NCBI GenBank assembly: GCA_043745805.1
Contig: JAYTSD010000043.1
Span: 32,001-96,000, forward strand
Origin: Fibrobacteria bacterium
GTDB lineage: Bacteria > Fibrobacterota > Fibrobacteria > UBA11236
Reading direction: 5' to 3'
Length of the DNA stretch: 64,000 nucleotides
Made by a program: the position numbers and the translations under genes
The notes under the pieces: model-generated
Database searches by the model: none
What the model was told of the DNA's origin: nothing
The model's input: the letters and a program-made list of their open reading frames with translations, nothing else
Part shown: piece by piece, positions 51,118 through 61,445 of the stretch
Layout of the letters: every line of letters starts with the position of its first letter
Position numbering within the stretch: position 1 is the first letter of the stretch

Positions 51118-52140
51118 ATGTCTTCACTCGATCAAATCAAAACCCAATTAGAAGCTGAGCTTGCGGCCTTGCAAGAAACGCGCAGTCTCGAAACTTTATT
51201 GGCGATGAAAAATAAGTATCTCGGTAAAAAAGGCAATATTTATAGCATGCTTCGGCAAATGGGAAGTCTTCCTGCGGAAGAACGTCCTGAATTTGGCAAA
51301 CAGGTAAACTTATTGCGTGATTTGGCTGAGGAGCGTTTTAGTTTTTGGCAGCAAGAATTAGAAGCGGAAGCCATTGTTAAAAGTTTGCAAGCCTCCACCT
51401 TGGATGCCACCTTGCCAGGTTTGCGTATTCCGGCAGGTAACCTGCACCCTCTCAACCGTTTGCGCGAAGAAATTTTGGATTTCTTTGTAGCCCTCGGTTT
51501 TGAAATTGGCACGGGACCGGAAGTGGATACGGATTGGTATAATTTTGAAGCTTTAAATATCCCACAACATCACAGTGCCCGTGACATGCATGATACTTTT
51601 TATGTAGACGAAAAAGTGGTGTTGCGCACGCATACTTCTAATGTGCAAGTGCATATGATGGAAAATCAAAAACCACCGATTCGTATGATTGCACCCGGCC
51701 ATGTTTATCGCGTGGATAATGATGCCACACATTCGCCTATGTTCCAGCAAGTAGAAGGCTTAGTAGTGGACGACGGTATTTCTTTTGCCGATTTAAAAGG
51801 CACTATTTATTTATGGGTTAAGCATATGTTTGGCAGCAATGTAAAGCTGCGCTTTCGCCCTAGCTATTTTCCTTTTACCGAACCTTCTGCGGAAATGGAT
51901 ATTTCCTGTTTTGCTTGCGCGGGTAAAGGCTGTCGCATTTGTAAAAAAACCGGCTGGATTGAAATTGGCGGTTGCGGTTGTGTTCATCCTAATGTGTTCA
52001 AAAATGTGGGCTGGGATGCAGAGAAGTTTACGGGCTTTGCCTTTGGTTTTGGCATTGATAGAATTGCCATGCTCAAATATGGCATACCGGATATCAGTTA
52101 TTTAACGCGTAATGACAATCGCTTTTTAAAACAGTTTTAA
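51118..52140 (+). CDS. pheS: Phenylalanine--tRNA ligase alpha subunit
   Basis: LRTHTS, THSPMFQQVEG, FRPSYFPFTEPS, GFAFGFGIDR. Confidence 0.98.
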   Translation: MSSLDQIKTQLEAELAALQETRSLETLLAMKNKYLGKKGNIYSMLRQMGSLPAEERPEFGKQVNLLRDLAEERFSFWQQELEAEAIVKSLQASTLDATLPGLRIPAGNLHPLNRLREEILDFFVALGFEIGTGPEVDTDWYNFEALNIPQHHSARDMHDTFYVDEKVVLRTHTSNVQVHMMENQKPPIRMIAPGHVYRVDNDATHSPMFQQVEGLVVDDGISFADLKGTIYLWVKHMFGSNVKLRFRPSYFPFTEPSAEMDISCFACAGKGCRICKKTGWIEIGGCGCVHPNVFKNVGWDAEKFTGFAFGFGIDRIAMLKYGIPDISYLTRNDNRFLKQF

Positions 52141-52169
52141 CGTAACCTTAAAGTTACTGAGTTCAAATT

Positions 52170-54608
52170 ATGGAAATTAGTTTAAATTGGCTTAAAAAAT
52201 ATATAAACCTCGACGCTTCGGTTGAAGCTATTTCTACTGCATTAACTTCAGTAGGCTTTGAAGTAGAAGGTATGCAGTCTTTGGGTGGAGAGGCTCAAGG
52301 CGTTGTGTCTGCGGAAGTGCTTACTTGCAGTAAACATCCCGATGCGGATAAATTATCCTTATGCACGGTAACCGATGGCACCGAAACTTTTCCGGTGGTA
52401 TGCGGTGCGCCTAATGTGGCCGCCGGCCAAAAAGTTTTACTCGCTAAAATCGGTGCGTCTTTGCCGAGCGGTTTAAAAATTAAAAAAGGCAAAATCCGTG
52501 GCGAAGAAAGTTTCGGTATGCTTTGTGCCGAAGATGAACTCGGCCTAGGTGACAGTCATGAGGGTATTTTAGTATTGCCGCCTGAAACCCCTTTAGGCAT
52601 TAGCTTACAGGAATTGCCTGGCTTAACGGATACGCGTTTTGAATTGAATGTCACGCCCAATCGTCCCGATGGTTTATGCCATGTTGGCATTGCTCGCGAA
52701 TTGGCCGCCCATTTTCAAGTTCCTTTACAATACCCTTTGTTTCAGCTTCAGGAAAAAGGTCCGGCTATTAACTCCTTAGTTACGGTAACCGTAGAGGATC
52801 AAGAGGGATGCAGTAATTATACGGGTCGCGTTATTCAGGGCATTAAAGTAGGCCCTAGTCCAACTTGGTTAAAAGCCGCGCTTAAAAGCCTCGGCAAAAA
52901 AAGCATCAATAATGTGGTCGATCTCACTAATTATGTATTACTAGAATTTGGACAACCTTCGCATGCTTTTGATTTGAAGAAAATCCATGATCGACAAATC
53001 ACCATTCGTCGCAGCCGCGATCAGGAAAAATTGACGACTTTAGATGGCATAGAACGTCAATTAGCAATTAGCGATTTAATTATTGCCGATGGCAATGGCC
53101 CTGTTTGCTTAGCTGGTGTTATGGGTGGCTTAGGTAGTGGAGTGGATGAAAACACCACGGATATTTTTTTAGAAGTGGCTTATTTTCAACCCGCAGGTAT
53201 TCGTCGTCAAGCCAAGCGTCATGGTTTAAGCAGCGATTCTTCGTATCGTTTTGAACGCGGCGTAGATCCTTTGCATACCGCTTGGGTAAGTGATTATTTA
53301 GCCGCCTCCATTGTTGCTATGGCTGGTGGAGAAGTGGCTCAGGGACAAATTCGTATTCAAGCAAGCCAACATCCCGTGACCCATCATAAAATAACTTTGC
53401 GACCTGAACGCGTAGCAAAAGTTTTGGGTAAAACTTTGGATTCCGATACTATTGTTCGATACTTAACTGGGCTTGAATTAAAGCTGGTTAGCATTGATGA
53501 TGCCGGCGCGTTTACTTTTGAGATCCCTGGTTATCGCGTGGACTTAGAAGTGGAAGTGGACTTGATCGAAGAATTAGCTCGTTTACATAATTTTAATCAA
53601 ATCCCTACTACTTTACCGAAAGTGGCTTTGTCTTTTAAGGCTTTGCCACCGATTGAAAAAGTGTCGCGTGCGATACGACATTGGTTAGAAGCGCAAGGTT
53701 TGCAAGAAACTTTGCATTTACGTTTTTCAGCACGTAAGCTTTTGGATCAAATGCTTTTGCCGGATAATGATTTGCGTCGTAAGTTCGTGCCTTTACGAAA
53801 TCCATTAAGCGAAGAATGGGAAATATTACCGTCTACACTTTGGCCAAGTCTGTTTAATTCCATTGGCTATAATCAAAACAATCAAGAAAAAACCTGTCGT
53901 TTTTTTGAAATTAGCAAAGCCTTTTTTCAAACTGACGAAACACGTGGGGAACGGTCTTCAGGAGTTACGGAAGAAGATGTGCTGTCTATCGCCCTGACAG
54001 GAGAATGGAAAGATTGCTCTTGGAGTTCCGATGCGGCTACGGTGCAGTTTCATCATATTAAAGGCCTCATAGAAAATTTATTAGTGGCTTTGAAATTAAA
54101 TGCGGAAATCGTTCCGCCTTCGCGCGAAGCTTTTTTGCATCCGGTAGAATCTGCGGACATTGTTTTACGTAAAGGCAGTACTTTTACCAAAATTGGCAGT
54201 TTAGGAGTTTTGCATCCTCAAGTTAAATCCAATTTTGATTTAAAGGGATCCGTAGTGATAGCAGAATTGTCTTTAAGCAAAATTTTATCTGCGGCATTTG
54301 CTTTACCTACTTTTAAACCCTTCGGAAATTTTTCGGCTTCGTCACGGGATATTAATGTATTAGTGGATGAATCCATAAGTCATGGCGAAATTTTGAGCAA
54401 AATCCCTCGGCAAAATATTCCTTTATTGCGTGAGATAAAACTCAATAGTATTTATCGGGGCCAAGGTGTCCTTGAAGGTAAAAAGGCCTTACATTATACT
54501 TTGGTATTTCAACATGCGGAAAAAACCTTAACGGATGAAGAGGTGAATACCGCAAAGGAGAAGGTTTCCAAAGCATTGCTGGCTGATGGACGTATTGTTT
54601 TTAAATAA
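52170..54608 (+). CDS. pheT: Phenylalanine--tRNA ligase beta subunit
   Basis: HPDADKL, VCGAPNV, TPNRPD, RFERGVD, DLIEELAR, TLTDEEV. Confidence 0.97.
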   Translation: MEISLNWLKKYINLDASVEAISTALTSVGFEVEGMQSLGGEAQGVVSAEVLTCSKHPDADKLSLCTVTDGTETFPVVCGAPNVAAGQKVLLAKIGASLPSGLKIKKGKIRGEESFGMLCAEDELGLGDSHEGILVLPPETPLGISLQELPGLTDTRFELNVTPNRPDGLCHVGIARELAAHFQVPLQYPLFQLQEKGPAINSLVTVTVEDQEGCSNYTGRVIQGIKVGPSPTWLKAALKSLGKKSINNVVDLTNYVLLEFGQPSHAFDLKKIHDRQITIRRSRDQEKLTTLDGIERQLAISDLIIADGNGPVCLAGVMGGLGSGVDENTTDIFLEVAYFQPAGIRRQAKRHGLSSDSSYRFERGVDPLHTAWVSDYLAASIVAMAGGEVAQGQIRIQASQHPVTHHKITLRPERVAKVLGKTLDSDTIVRYLTGLELKLVSIDDAGAFTFEIPGYRVDLEVEVDLIEELARLHNFNQIPTTLPKVALSFKALPPIEKVSRAIRHWLEAQGLQETLHLRFSARKLLDQMLLPDNDLRRKFVPLRNPLSEEWEILPSTLWPSLFNSIGYNQNNQEKTCRFFEISKAFFQTDETRGERSSGVTEEDVLSIALTGEWKDCSWSSDAATVQFHHIKGLIENLLVALKLNAEIVPPSREAFLHPVESADIVLRKGSTFTKIGSLGVLHPQVKSNFDLKGSVVIAELSLSKILSAAFALPTFKPFGNFSASSRDINVLVDESISHGEILSKIPRQNIPLLREIKLNSIYRGQGVLEGKKALHYTLVFQHAEKTLTDEEVNTAKEKVSKALLADGRIVFK

Positions 54609-54717
54609 GTAAACTCTGACATTTTGTCGAAAAAAATCCTAAGATTTAAGTGAGATTGCAGAGAATAATTCTTTTCTATGGCCTTATGAGGCTGGGTACA
54701 TTAAAATAGGAGTTAAT

Positions 54718-54984
54718 ATGGACATTGCAGAATTCGAAGCCTTAGCCAAAAAAGTTGAGTTAGCGGTGAATATCATTTCTGGCCTTAAGCAAGAAAAAGA
54801 AGTGCTAACTAAAGACCTCGCCTCGGTTATGGAAATGAATAAAAAATTAGAAACGCAATTGGGACATAAAGAACAAGAGCTCTCGCATTTGAAAAATGAA
54901 TTGTCGCATAAAAGTGAAAATATTCATCAAGCGGGAGAAAAAGTGCGCGATATGGTGTCTCGCCTAGAAGCGGCATTAGCTTAA
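54718..54984 (+). CDS. zapB: ZapB-like coiled-coil cell division protein
   Basis: 88-aa coiled coil directly upstream of zapA; assignment mostly from synteny. Confidence 0.65.
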   Translation: MDIAEFEALAKKVELAVNIISGLKQEKEVLTKDLASVMEMNKKLETQLGHKEQELSHLKNELSHKSENIHQAGEKVRDMVSRLEAALA

Positions 54985-54991
54985 TAAAGAT

Positions 54992-55297
54992 ATGGAAAAA
55001 CTAGAGCATTCTTATAGAGTCACTATTTGCGGAGAGAATTTCCAAATGAAATCCGATCAGCCTCCGCAAGTGATCGAAAGAATTGCGGGATTTTTGGATT
55101 TTAAAATTAAAGAAGTCAGCAAAGGCGCGATAAACGCCGATAAATTTCGCTTAGTGGTTTTGGCCGCTATGAATATTTCAGGTGAACTTTTTGATATTAA
55201 AAACAAATCGGAGGAAAGCGAAAAGCAAGGATATCAAATACTGGAAAAGTCTCGCGCTTTAAACGAAAGTTTGGATCGCGCTTTGAAGCCAGTATAA
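54992..55297 (+). CDS. zapA: Cell division protein ZapA
   Basis: VTICGENF, IA.FLD.KI, VLAAMNI; pheT-zapA synteny. Confidence 0.88.
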   Translation: MEKLEHSYRVTICGENFQMKSDQPPQVIERIAGFLDFKIKEVSKGAINADKFRLVVLAAMNISGELFDIKNKSEESEKQGYQILEKSRALNESLDRALKPV

Positions 55298-55303
55298 AAT
55301 ATT

Positions 55304-55483
55304 AATAGAAATAGACTCTGTCGCACGCACAAGTGTCTCGACTTACAACCTACTATAAAATATTGAGACTTCCGAACGACTAGTGCAAGCCCCCTTGAGG
55401 GGAAGCGCGAACCGAGCGGGGCTCATAATAATGTTCATAGAAGGGTCCGAGTAACTGTGCGATAAGCCGGCAGAGTTTCTATT
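55304..55483 (+). ncRNA. ssrS: 6S RNA
   Basis: About 180-nt long hairpin directly after zapA, the usual position. Closing stem AATAGAAA..ACTCTGTCG / CGGCAGAGTTTCTATT, A-rich unpaired centre, apical CCCC-TTGA-GGGG. Confidence 0.75.
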
Positions 55484-55545
55484 TTAGGGATTTTTACTTC
55501 CTCTATTTTCACTTCAATTTTAATCACTATTTACTTGGATTTATC

Positions 55546-56427
55546 ATGGCCATTTTAATCGACGGAAAAAAAACCGCAGCCGATATTCGGGAAAACTTAA
55601 AAGCGCGCGTGCAAGCTTTAGCGCAAAAAAATATACAGCCAGGATTGAGTGTTACCCTAGTGGGTGAAGATGCGGCTTCCAAAGTATATGTGGCGCAAAA
55701 GGATGCAGCGGCTTCGGACACCGGCATTAAAGCATGGACGCATAAATTTCCTGCGGATGTTTCGGAAGCGGAACTTGTTGAGCACATGCTCTCAGAAAAC
55801 AAAAATCCTCTGGTACATGGCATTTTATTGCAATTGCCTTTGCCTAAACATTTAAATGAAGAAAAATTATTGAATTTAATTGCGGTGGAAAAAGATGTGG
55901 ATGGTTTTCATGCCATGAATCTCGGCAACTTGGTCCTAAATCGTCCTTGTTTTAAATCCTGCACGCCTTGGGGTGTGCAAGTATTAATGCAAACCTATGG
56001 TTTGGATCCTGCGGGTAAGCATGTGGTGATAGTGGGCCGCTCCAATATTGTCGGTAAACCTTTAGCGAATATGCTTATTCAAAAAGCGGAATGGGCTAAT
56101 GCTACCGTGACGGTTTGCCATGCGGCAACGCCTGATATTGCTTATTTCACACGTCAAGCGGATGTTTTAATTGCTGCGGTGGGTAAACCGGAATTAATTC
56201 GCGGCGATATGGTTAAAGAGGGTGTTATTGCTTTAGATGTTGGCGTAAATCGCGTTCCTAGTGCATCCACTAAGTCGGGCTTTAAGCTGGTGGGAGATAT
56301 TCATTTTGAATCGGTGGCTGCCAAGGCTAGTTATATTACGCCCGTGCCTGGTGGAGTAGGGCCGATGACCATTGCTATGCTGCTTACCAACACGGTTCTT
56401 TCGGCAGAAAGGCATAGTCAAAATTAA
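55546..56427 (+). CDS. folD: Methylene-THF dehydrogenase/cyclohydrolase
   Basis: GILLQLPLP, KDVDGFH, CTPWG, GRSNIVGKP, TPVPGGVGPMT. Confidence 0.98.
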   Translation: MAILIDGKKTAADIRENLKARVQALAQKNIQPGLSVTLVGEDAASKVYVAQKDAAASDTGIKAWTHKFPADVSEAELVEHMLSENKNPLVHGILLQLPLPKHLNEEKLLNLIAVEKDVDGFHAMNLGNLVLNRPCFKSCTPWGVQVLMQTYGLDPAGKHVVIVGRSNIVGKPLANMLIQKAEWANATVTVCHAATPDIAYFTRQADVLIAAVGKPELIRGDMVKEGVIALDVGVNRVPSASTKSGFKLVGDIHFESVAAKASYITPVPGGVGPMTIAMLLTNTVLSAERHSQN

Positions 56428-56511
56428 GATTCAGGATAATTGAGTTTTTGCCCTTTTTCTCACAATTGAGCGAAGCTAAACGAGATTTTTTTGTTATTTT
56501 TGCACGGTTAA

Positions 56512-57396
56512 ATGAAAAATGTTGAGACTGCCATTACGGTGGAAGATTATTTAAAGAAAACCTCTGCTGCAGTCAACGCGGCTTTGGAAAAACATTTACC
56601 TCCCGAAACCGAACAACCTACTGATTTACATAAAGCAGTGCGCTATTCCATTTTTGCCGGTGGCAAACGTTTACGTCCAGCTTTAGCTTTGGCGGCCTTC
56701 GAAGCCTGTAATGGAAACGGCGACGCGATTTGGTATGCCACTTCCGCATTGGAAATGTTACATACCTTTTCCTTAATTCACGATGATTTACCCTGCATGG
56801 ACGATGATGATTTTCGTCGTGGCCGTCCCACTAGTCACAAAGTTTTTGGCGAAGCCATTGCCGTATTAGCGGGTGACTCCTTATGTATTTATGCTTTTGA
56901 ATTATTAGCCAAAACGGGTAATGCCAAATGTATTGAAACCTTAGCTAAAGCTTTAGGAACGCATGGTATGTTGGGTGGACAAGTTGTCGATATTCAAAGC
57001 GAAGGCAAAAAAGTCAGCTTAGAAACTGTTGATTATATTCATTATCATAAAACCGCCGCCTTGATTGCAGCGTCCTTGGTTATTGGCGCACAGCTCGCAG
57101 AGGCCGATGCAAAAATTATTGCGGGACTAGAATCCTTTGGAAATAAAATCGGTTTAGCTTTTCAAATTGTCGATGACATTTTGGATTTGGAGCAAACGAC
57201 TGAAGAGTTAGGTAAAGACGCGGGTTCCGATTTGGAAAAAGGCAAAGCGACTTATCCTGCCGTGTTGGGTTTGGTTGAGAGCAAACAAGCCGCACGAAAA
57301 TTAATTGAAGAGGCAAATGCCGAATTAAGTTTGTTGCCTATTCAGAGCGACTTTCTGCCTTTATTGGCAAATTACATCATCACCAGAGTGCATTAA
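56512..57396 (+). CDS. ispA: Polyprenyl (farnesyl/geranylgeranyl) diphosphate synthase
   Basis: GGKRLRP, SLIHDDLPCMDDDDFRRG, FQIVDDILD. Confidence 0.93.
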   Translation: MKNVETAITVEDYLKKTSAAVNAALEKHLPPETEQPTDLHKAVRYSIFAGGKRLRPALALAAFEACNGNGDAIWYATSALEMLHTFSLIHDDLPCMDDDDFRRGRPTSHKVFGEAIAVLAGDSLCIYAFELLAKTGNAKCIETLAKALGTHGMLGGQVVDIQSEGKKVSLETVDYIHYHKTAALIAASLVIGAQLAEADAKIIAGLESFGNKIGLAFQIVDDILDLEQTTEELGKDAGSDLEKGKATYPAVLGLVESKQAARKLIEEANAELSLLPIQSDFLPLLANYIITRVH

Positions 57397-57409
57397 ATTT
57401 AAGGTTCAC

Positions 57410-59305
57410 ATGTTGGAAAATATTAATTCCCCTGCCGACTTGCGCGCATTATCCATAGCTGAATTAAAAGATTTAGCGAAAGAGATGCGTGAAGTAATTG
57501 TTAAGCAGGTGGCAGCTACAGGTGGGCATTTGGCTTCGAATCTCGGCACCGTCGAGTTAACCTTGGCTTTACATAAACTTTATAATACTCCGGAAGATAA
57601 AATTGTATGGGATGTGGGCCATCAAGCCTATCCACATAAATTAGTTACGGGTCGTTTCAAAGAGTTTCATACCTTAAAACAGTATGGTGGCTTAAGCGGT
57701 TTTTTAAAACGCAGTGAAAGTATTTATGATACTTTTGGTGCGGGTCATGCAACGACATCTTTGTCCGCTGCTTTGGGCATGGCTTCGGCGCGTACGCAGT
57801 TGAAAAAAACTTTTGATGTGGTTGCGGTTATTGGTGATGGCGCTATGACCGGTGGCATGGCTTATGAAGCCTTGAATAATGCGGGCGAAACCGAAGAGAA
57901 TATTACCTTCGTGCTCAATGATAATAAAATGTCTATCGCTAAAAATTTAGGCGCGATGTCTAAATATTTAAATCGTATTATTTCTAACCCCATGTACAAT
58001 CGCCTCAAAGACGATATTTGGGATTTTACCGGCAAGTTACCCCGTGGCAAAGATTTGCAAAAAATCGCTAGCCGTATGGATGAAAGCTTTAAGAAAATTT
58101 TAATGCCCGGTGGTTTTTTTGAAGACTTAGGTATTCGTTATTTTGGTCCAGTGGAAGGACATAATCTCGATGACCTGCTAGAACTTTTTGAAGCAGTAAA
58201 AAAAATGCCTGGCCCAAAACTGGTGCATGTGGTTACCACTAAAGGTTATGGTTGGGATAAGAGCGAAGCCGATTCTATTAAATGGCATGCGTCTAATCCT
58301 TTTGATATTGAATCCGGTAAGCCTAAAGCCGCTCCGGCTAAGACGCCTACTCTAACAACCGTGTTTGGTGATGCTTTATTGGAAATCGCTAAAACCGATG
58401 AAAAAGTGATTGCTATCACAGGTGCTATGCCGGAAGGCTGTGGCGTGCACATTATGCAAAAGGAATTACCAAGCCGCGTATATGATGTGGGTATTGCCGA
58501 ACAATATGCCGTAACCTTTGCTGCCGGTATGGCTTGCGAAGGCATTAAGCCGGTGGTTGCCGTTTATTCAACATTTTTACAACGTGCATTCGATCAAATT
58601 GTGCATGATGTTTCGATGCAACATTTGAATGTGATTTTTGTACTTGACCGCGCGGGCGTGGTAGGCTTGGATGGCGCGACACATCATGGTTCATTAGATC
58701 TAAGCTATTTGCGTATGATTCAGGATATGACCATATTGGCTCCCTCGGATGAAGTGGAATTGCGCAATGCGCTTTATACCGCTTATAAATTTGAAAATGG
58801 TCCGATTGCTTTACGTTACCCTCGCGGTAATGCTTTTGCTCCGGATGCCAAGGCTAAATTTGAAGTTTGGCCTTTTGCTAAACCTCGCATTATGCAAGAG
58901 GGTGAAGAGTTAATTATTTTGGCTGTGGGGCATATGCTAGCACACGCCCTTAAAGCCGCAGAAAAATTGCAAGAGCAAGGTTATAAGCCCACCATTGTGG
59001 ATGTCCGTTGGGTAAAGCCTTTGGATAAAAACGCTTATGCGAATTTCTTTGCAAAACATAAATTGGTATTAACGATTGAAGACAATGTGGTTGCTGGCGG
59101 TTACGGTAGCGGCGTCTCTGAGTTAATGTCCGAATTAGGGGTAACCGATGTGTTAATTAAACATATGGGACTTCCAGATGAATTCGTCACCCATGGCGAT
59201 ATTCCTACCCTGCACAAAATCCTCGGCCTGGATGCTGATGGTATTTATCAAAAGGCGCTGGAAATGCTTTCGTCCGTTTCTGCGCACACCCGAAATAAAA
59301 ACTAA
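57410..59305 (+). CDS. dxs: 1-deoxy-D-xylulose-5-phosphate synthase
   Basis: GGHLASNLG, WDVGHQAY, GDGAMTGG..YEALNN, DVGIAEQ, DRAG. Confidence 0.98.
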   Translation: MLENINSPADLRALSIAELKDLAKEMREVIVKQVAATGGHLASNLGTVELTLALHKLYNTPEDKIVWDVGHQAYPHKLVTGRFKEFHTLKQYGGLSGFLKRSESIYDTFGAGHATTSLSAALGMASARTQLKKTFDVVAVIGDGAMTGGMAYEALNNAGETEENITFVLNDNKMSIAKNLGAMSKYLNRIISNPMYNRLKDDIWDFTGKLPRGKDLQKIASRMDESFKKILMPGGFFEDLGIRYFGPVEGHNLDDLLELFEAVKKMPGPKLVHVVTTKGYGWDKSEADSIKWHASNPFDIESGKPKAAPAKTPTLTTVFGDALLEIAKTDEKVIAITGAMPEGCGVHIMQKELPSRVYDVGIAEQYAVTFAAGMACEGIKPVVAVYSTFLQRAFDQIVHDVSMQHLNVIFVLDRAGVVGLDGATHHGSLDLSYLRMIQDMTILAPSDEVELRNALYTAYKFENGPIALRYPRGNAFAPDAKAKFEVWPFAKPRIMQEGEELIILAVGHMLAHALKAAEKLQEQGYKPTIVDVRWVKPLDKNAYANFFAKHKLVLTIEDNVVAGGYGSGVSELMSELGVTDVLIKHMGLPDEFVTHGDIPTLHKILGLDADGIYQKALEMLSSVSAHTRNKN

Positions 59306-60771
59306 TGACTACTAATCAAGACAATCACGGGGACGAAAAACGTCCTTCCAAAAAAACTCCTTTCGATTTCGCTGGCTTCAAGCCACAAAAGGCCAAGGAA
59401 GGAGCTCCCGAAAGAAAAACTTTCAAACCTCGTGAAGGCGGATCCGACAGACCGGAACGTAAATCTGAAGGTCGCTCGTATGGTGACAAACCGGAACGCA
59501 AAGCTTTTGGCAGCGGAGATCGCAAGCCTTATGAATCCAGAACTCCACGCGAAGGGGGTTCCTATAATAACCGTGATGGAGCGAGACCAGCGCGTCCTTA
59601 TGGAGCGAGCTCTGGCGGCGATCGTAAACCCTATGCACCTCGTGAAGGCGGCGGTGATAAGCCCTTTAGAAAATCCTATGACAAACCTTTAAGCCCTCGC
59701 GGCGAAGGTCGTTCCTTTGCGCCACGCGAAGGCAGTCGTGACGGTGGCCGAGAAGGTGGACGCTCTTTTACTCCTCGCGAAGGTGGAAGAGAAAGCCGAC
59801 CTTTTACTCCACGTGAAGGTGGAAGAGAAAGCCGGCCTTTTACTCCACGTGAAGGCGGTCGTAGCTTTGATGGTGGTTTTAAAAAAGATGGTTTTGTTAA
59901 ACCCGGTATTAAAAAAACTTGGGAAGAAAGACCTAAACGTGAATTTAATAATCAACGCGATAATCGTGATGCTGCTTGGAAAGGTTCGCGTAATTTTGGC
60001 GAGCGTCGTCCTTTATCCGCATTAGCCAAAGCCTTTATCGGATTGAAAAGTGAAAAAGGACGCTTAGAAAATAGCCGCTTTATTCTCGAAGGTATTAAAA
60101 ATATTACGGACATTATTAATGTGTCTCCCGATATTTTACATGAGATTTTGTATTCCTCCGAATGCAATGAAAAAGAATTAATGACTTTGGCCAAAGCTAA
60201 AGGCGTGGCTTTAACCGAATGCAGCGTAGAAGATATTCAAGCCTTATGCGATACGGAAACGCATCAAGGAGCTTTAGCTATTGCTAATTTTGCGACTTTG
60301 CGTCCCGATTGGAATACCATTCGTTATGTAACTTTGCTCGATGGGGTACAAGATCCAGGTAATGTGGGCGCAATATTCCGCACTTCCTTAGCTTTGGGCA
60401 TGGATGCTGTGGTTTTAGGTAAAGGCACTTGCGAAGCTTATAATTCTAAAGTTGTACGTTCTTCAGTTGGCTCCTTAATGCGCTTACCTTTTGAAAGCGG
60501 CGTGGATTTAGGCAATAAGATTTCTTTCTTAAAGCAAAAAGGGTTTACGGTAGTAGCGACTTCACCGCATGCCAAAGAAACCTTAGATACCGCAAAGTTA
60601 CGTAAGAAAGTAGCGCTTTTAGTGGGTTCCGAGGGCGCTGGCGCCAATGAACGCTTTATGGCGATGGCTGATTCCGTGGTTTATATTCCGATGAAACAAA
60701 AAGTAGAATCCTTGAATGTTGCGGTAGCGCATGGGATACTATCCTATGCATTGGTCAATAAGCGAGATTAA
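59305..60771 (+). CDS. TrmH/SpoU family RNA methyltransferase with long low-complexity N-terminus
   Basis: VQDPGNVGAIFRT, VGSEGAG, ESLNVAVA; about 230 aa R/G/E/P-rich extension. Confidence 0.93.
   Translation: MTTNQDNHGDEKRPSKKTPFDFAGFKPQKAKEGAPERKTFKPREGGSDRPERKSEGRSYGDKPERKAFGSGDRKPYESRTPREGGSYNNRDGARPARPYGASSGGDRKPYAPREGGGDKPFRKSYDKPLSPRGEGRSFAPREGSRDGGREGGRSFTPREGGRESRPFTPREGGRESRPFTPREGGRSFDGGFKKDGFVKPGIKKTWEERPKREFNNQRDNRDAAWKGSRNFGERRPLSALAKAFIGLKSEKGRLENSRFILEGIKNITDIINVSPDILHEILYSSECNEKELMTLAKAKGVALTECSVEDIQALCDTETHQGALAIANFATLRPDWNTIRYVTLLDGVQDPGNVGAIFRTSLALGMDAVVLGKGTCEAYNSKVVRSSVGSLMRLPFESGVDLGNKISFLKQKGFTVVATSPHAKETLDTAKLRKKVALLVGSEGAGANERFMAMADSVVYIPMKQKVESLNVAVAHGILSYALVNKRD
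59765..59855 (+). repeat. Coding tandem repeat, 36-bp unit, about 2.5 copies (FTPREGGRESRP)
   Basis: CTTTTACTCC...GAAGG units begin at 59765, 59801 and 59837. Confidence 0.9.
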
Positions 60772-60820
60772 GTTTTTTGTTCAGCACTTGTGAAATGATG
60801 ATGGAGCCATAGATTAAACT

Positions 60821-61411
60821 ATGCGTCTCCGTTATAATTCACCAGTAGTTCTTTCTTTCGCGCTAGTTGCTTTTTTAATTTTAATTCTTAATTCGCTGAC
60901 GGGAGATAAATTCACCTCGGCGTTTTTTGTGACTTATCCGCATTTTGATTGGACTTCGCCACTAGATTATTTTCGTTTGGTATCGCATGTTTTAGGACAT
61001 AAAAATTGGGCGCATCTTTCGGCCAATTTTTCGGTTATTCTTTTAATTGGCCCTATTCTCGAAGAGAAATATGGCTCCGCGAATTTAATGAAAATGATGC
61101 TTATCACCGCTTTAGTCACTGGCATTTTAAATTCCTTATTTTTTTCCAGCGGATTAATGGGAGCCAGCGGCTTAGCTTTTTTAATGATTCTATTGGGATC
61201 CTTCACTAATACCAAAGTAGGAGAAATACCACTTACTTTTATTTTAGTGTTGGTTTTATTTTTAGCCCAAGAATTTATTCGCGCCTTTGGGCAAGACGAT
61301 GTCAGCCAATTTGCACATATATTGGGTGGCATATCGGGATCGATTTTTGGATTTTTACATTCGCCAAAAAATGCGAGCGCAAGTCTATCTAAGCGTACCT
61401 TGCGATCTTAA
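60821..61411 (+). CDS. Rhomboid family intramembrane serine protease
   Basis: H..WAHL..N, GASG (catalytic Ser), AHILGG (catalytic His). Confidence 0.88.
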   Translation: MRLRYNSPVVLSFALVAFLILILNSLTGDKFTSAFFVTYPHFDWTSPLDYFRLVSHVLGHKNWAHLSANFSVILLIGPILEEKYGSANLMKMMLITALVTGILNSLFFSSGLMGASGLAFLMILLGSFTNTKVGEIPLTFILVLVLFLAQEFIRAFGQDDVSQFAHILGGISGSIFGFLHSPKNASASLSKRTLRS

Positions 61412-61445
61412 TCTCCTTAGAAAAAACCATCTACTTCAAAATTAA

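Noticed and set aside
59765..59855. 36-bp repeats as a CRISPR array
   Set aside because: They are tandem with no spacers, in frame inside a CDS, and no cas genes are present.
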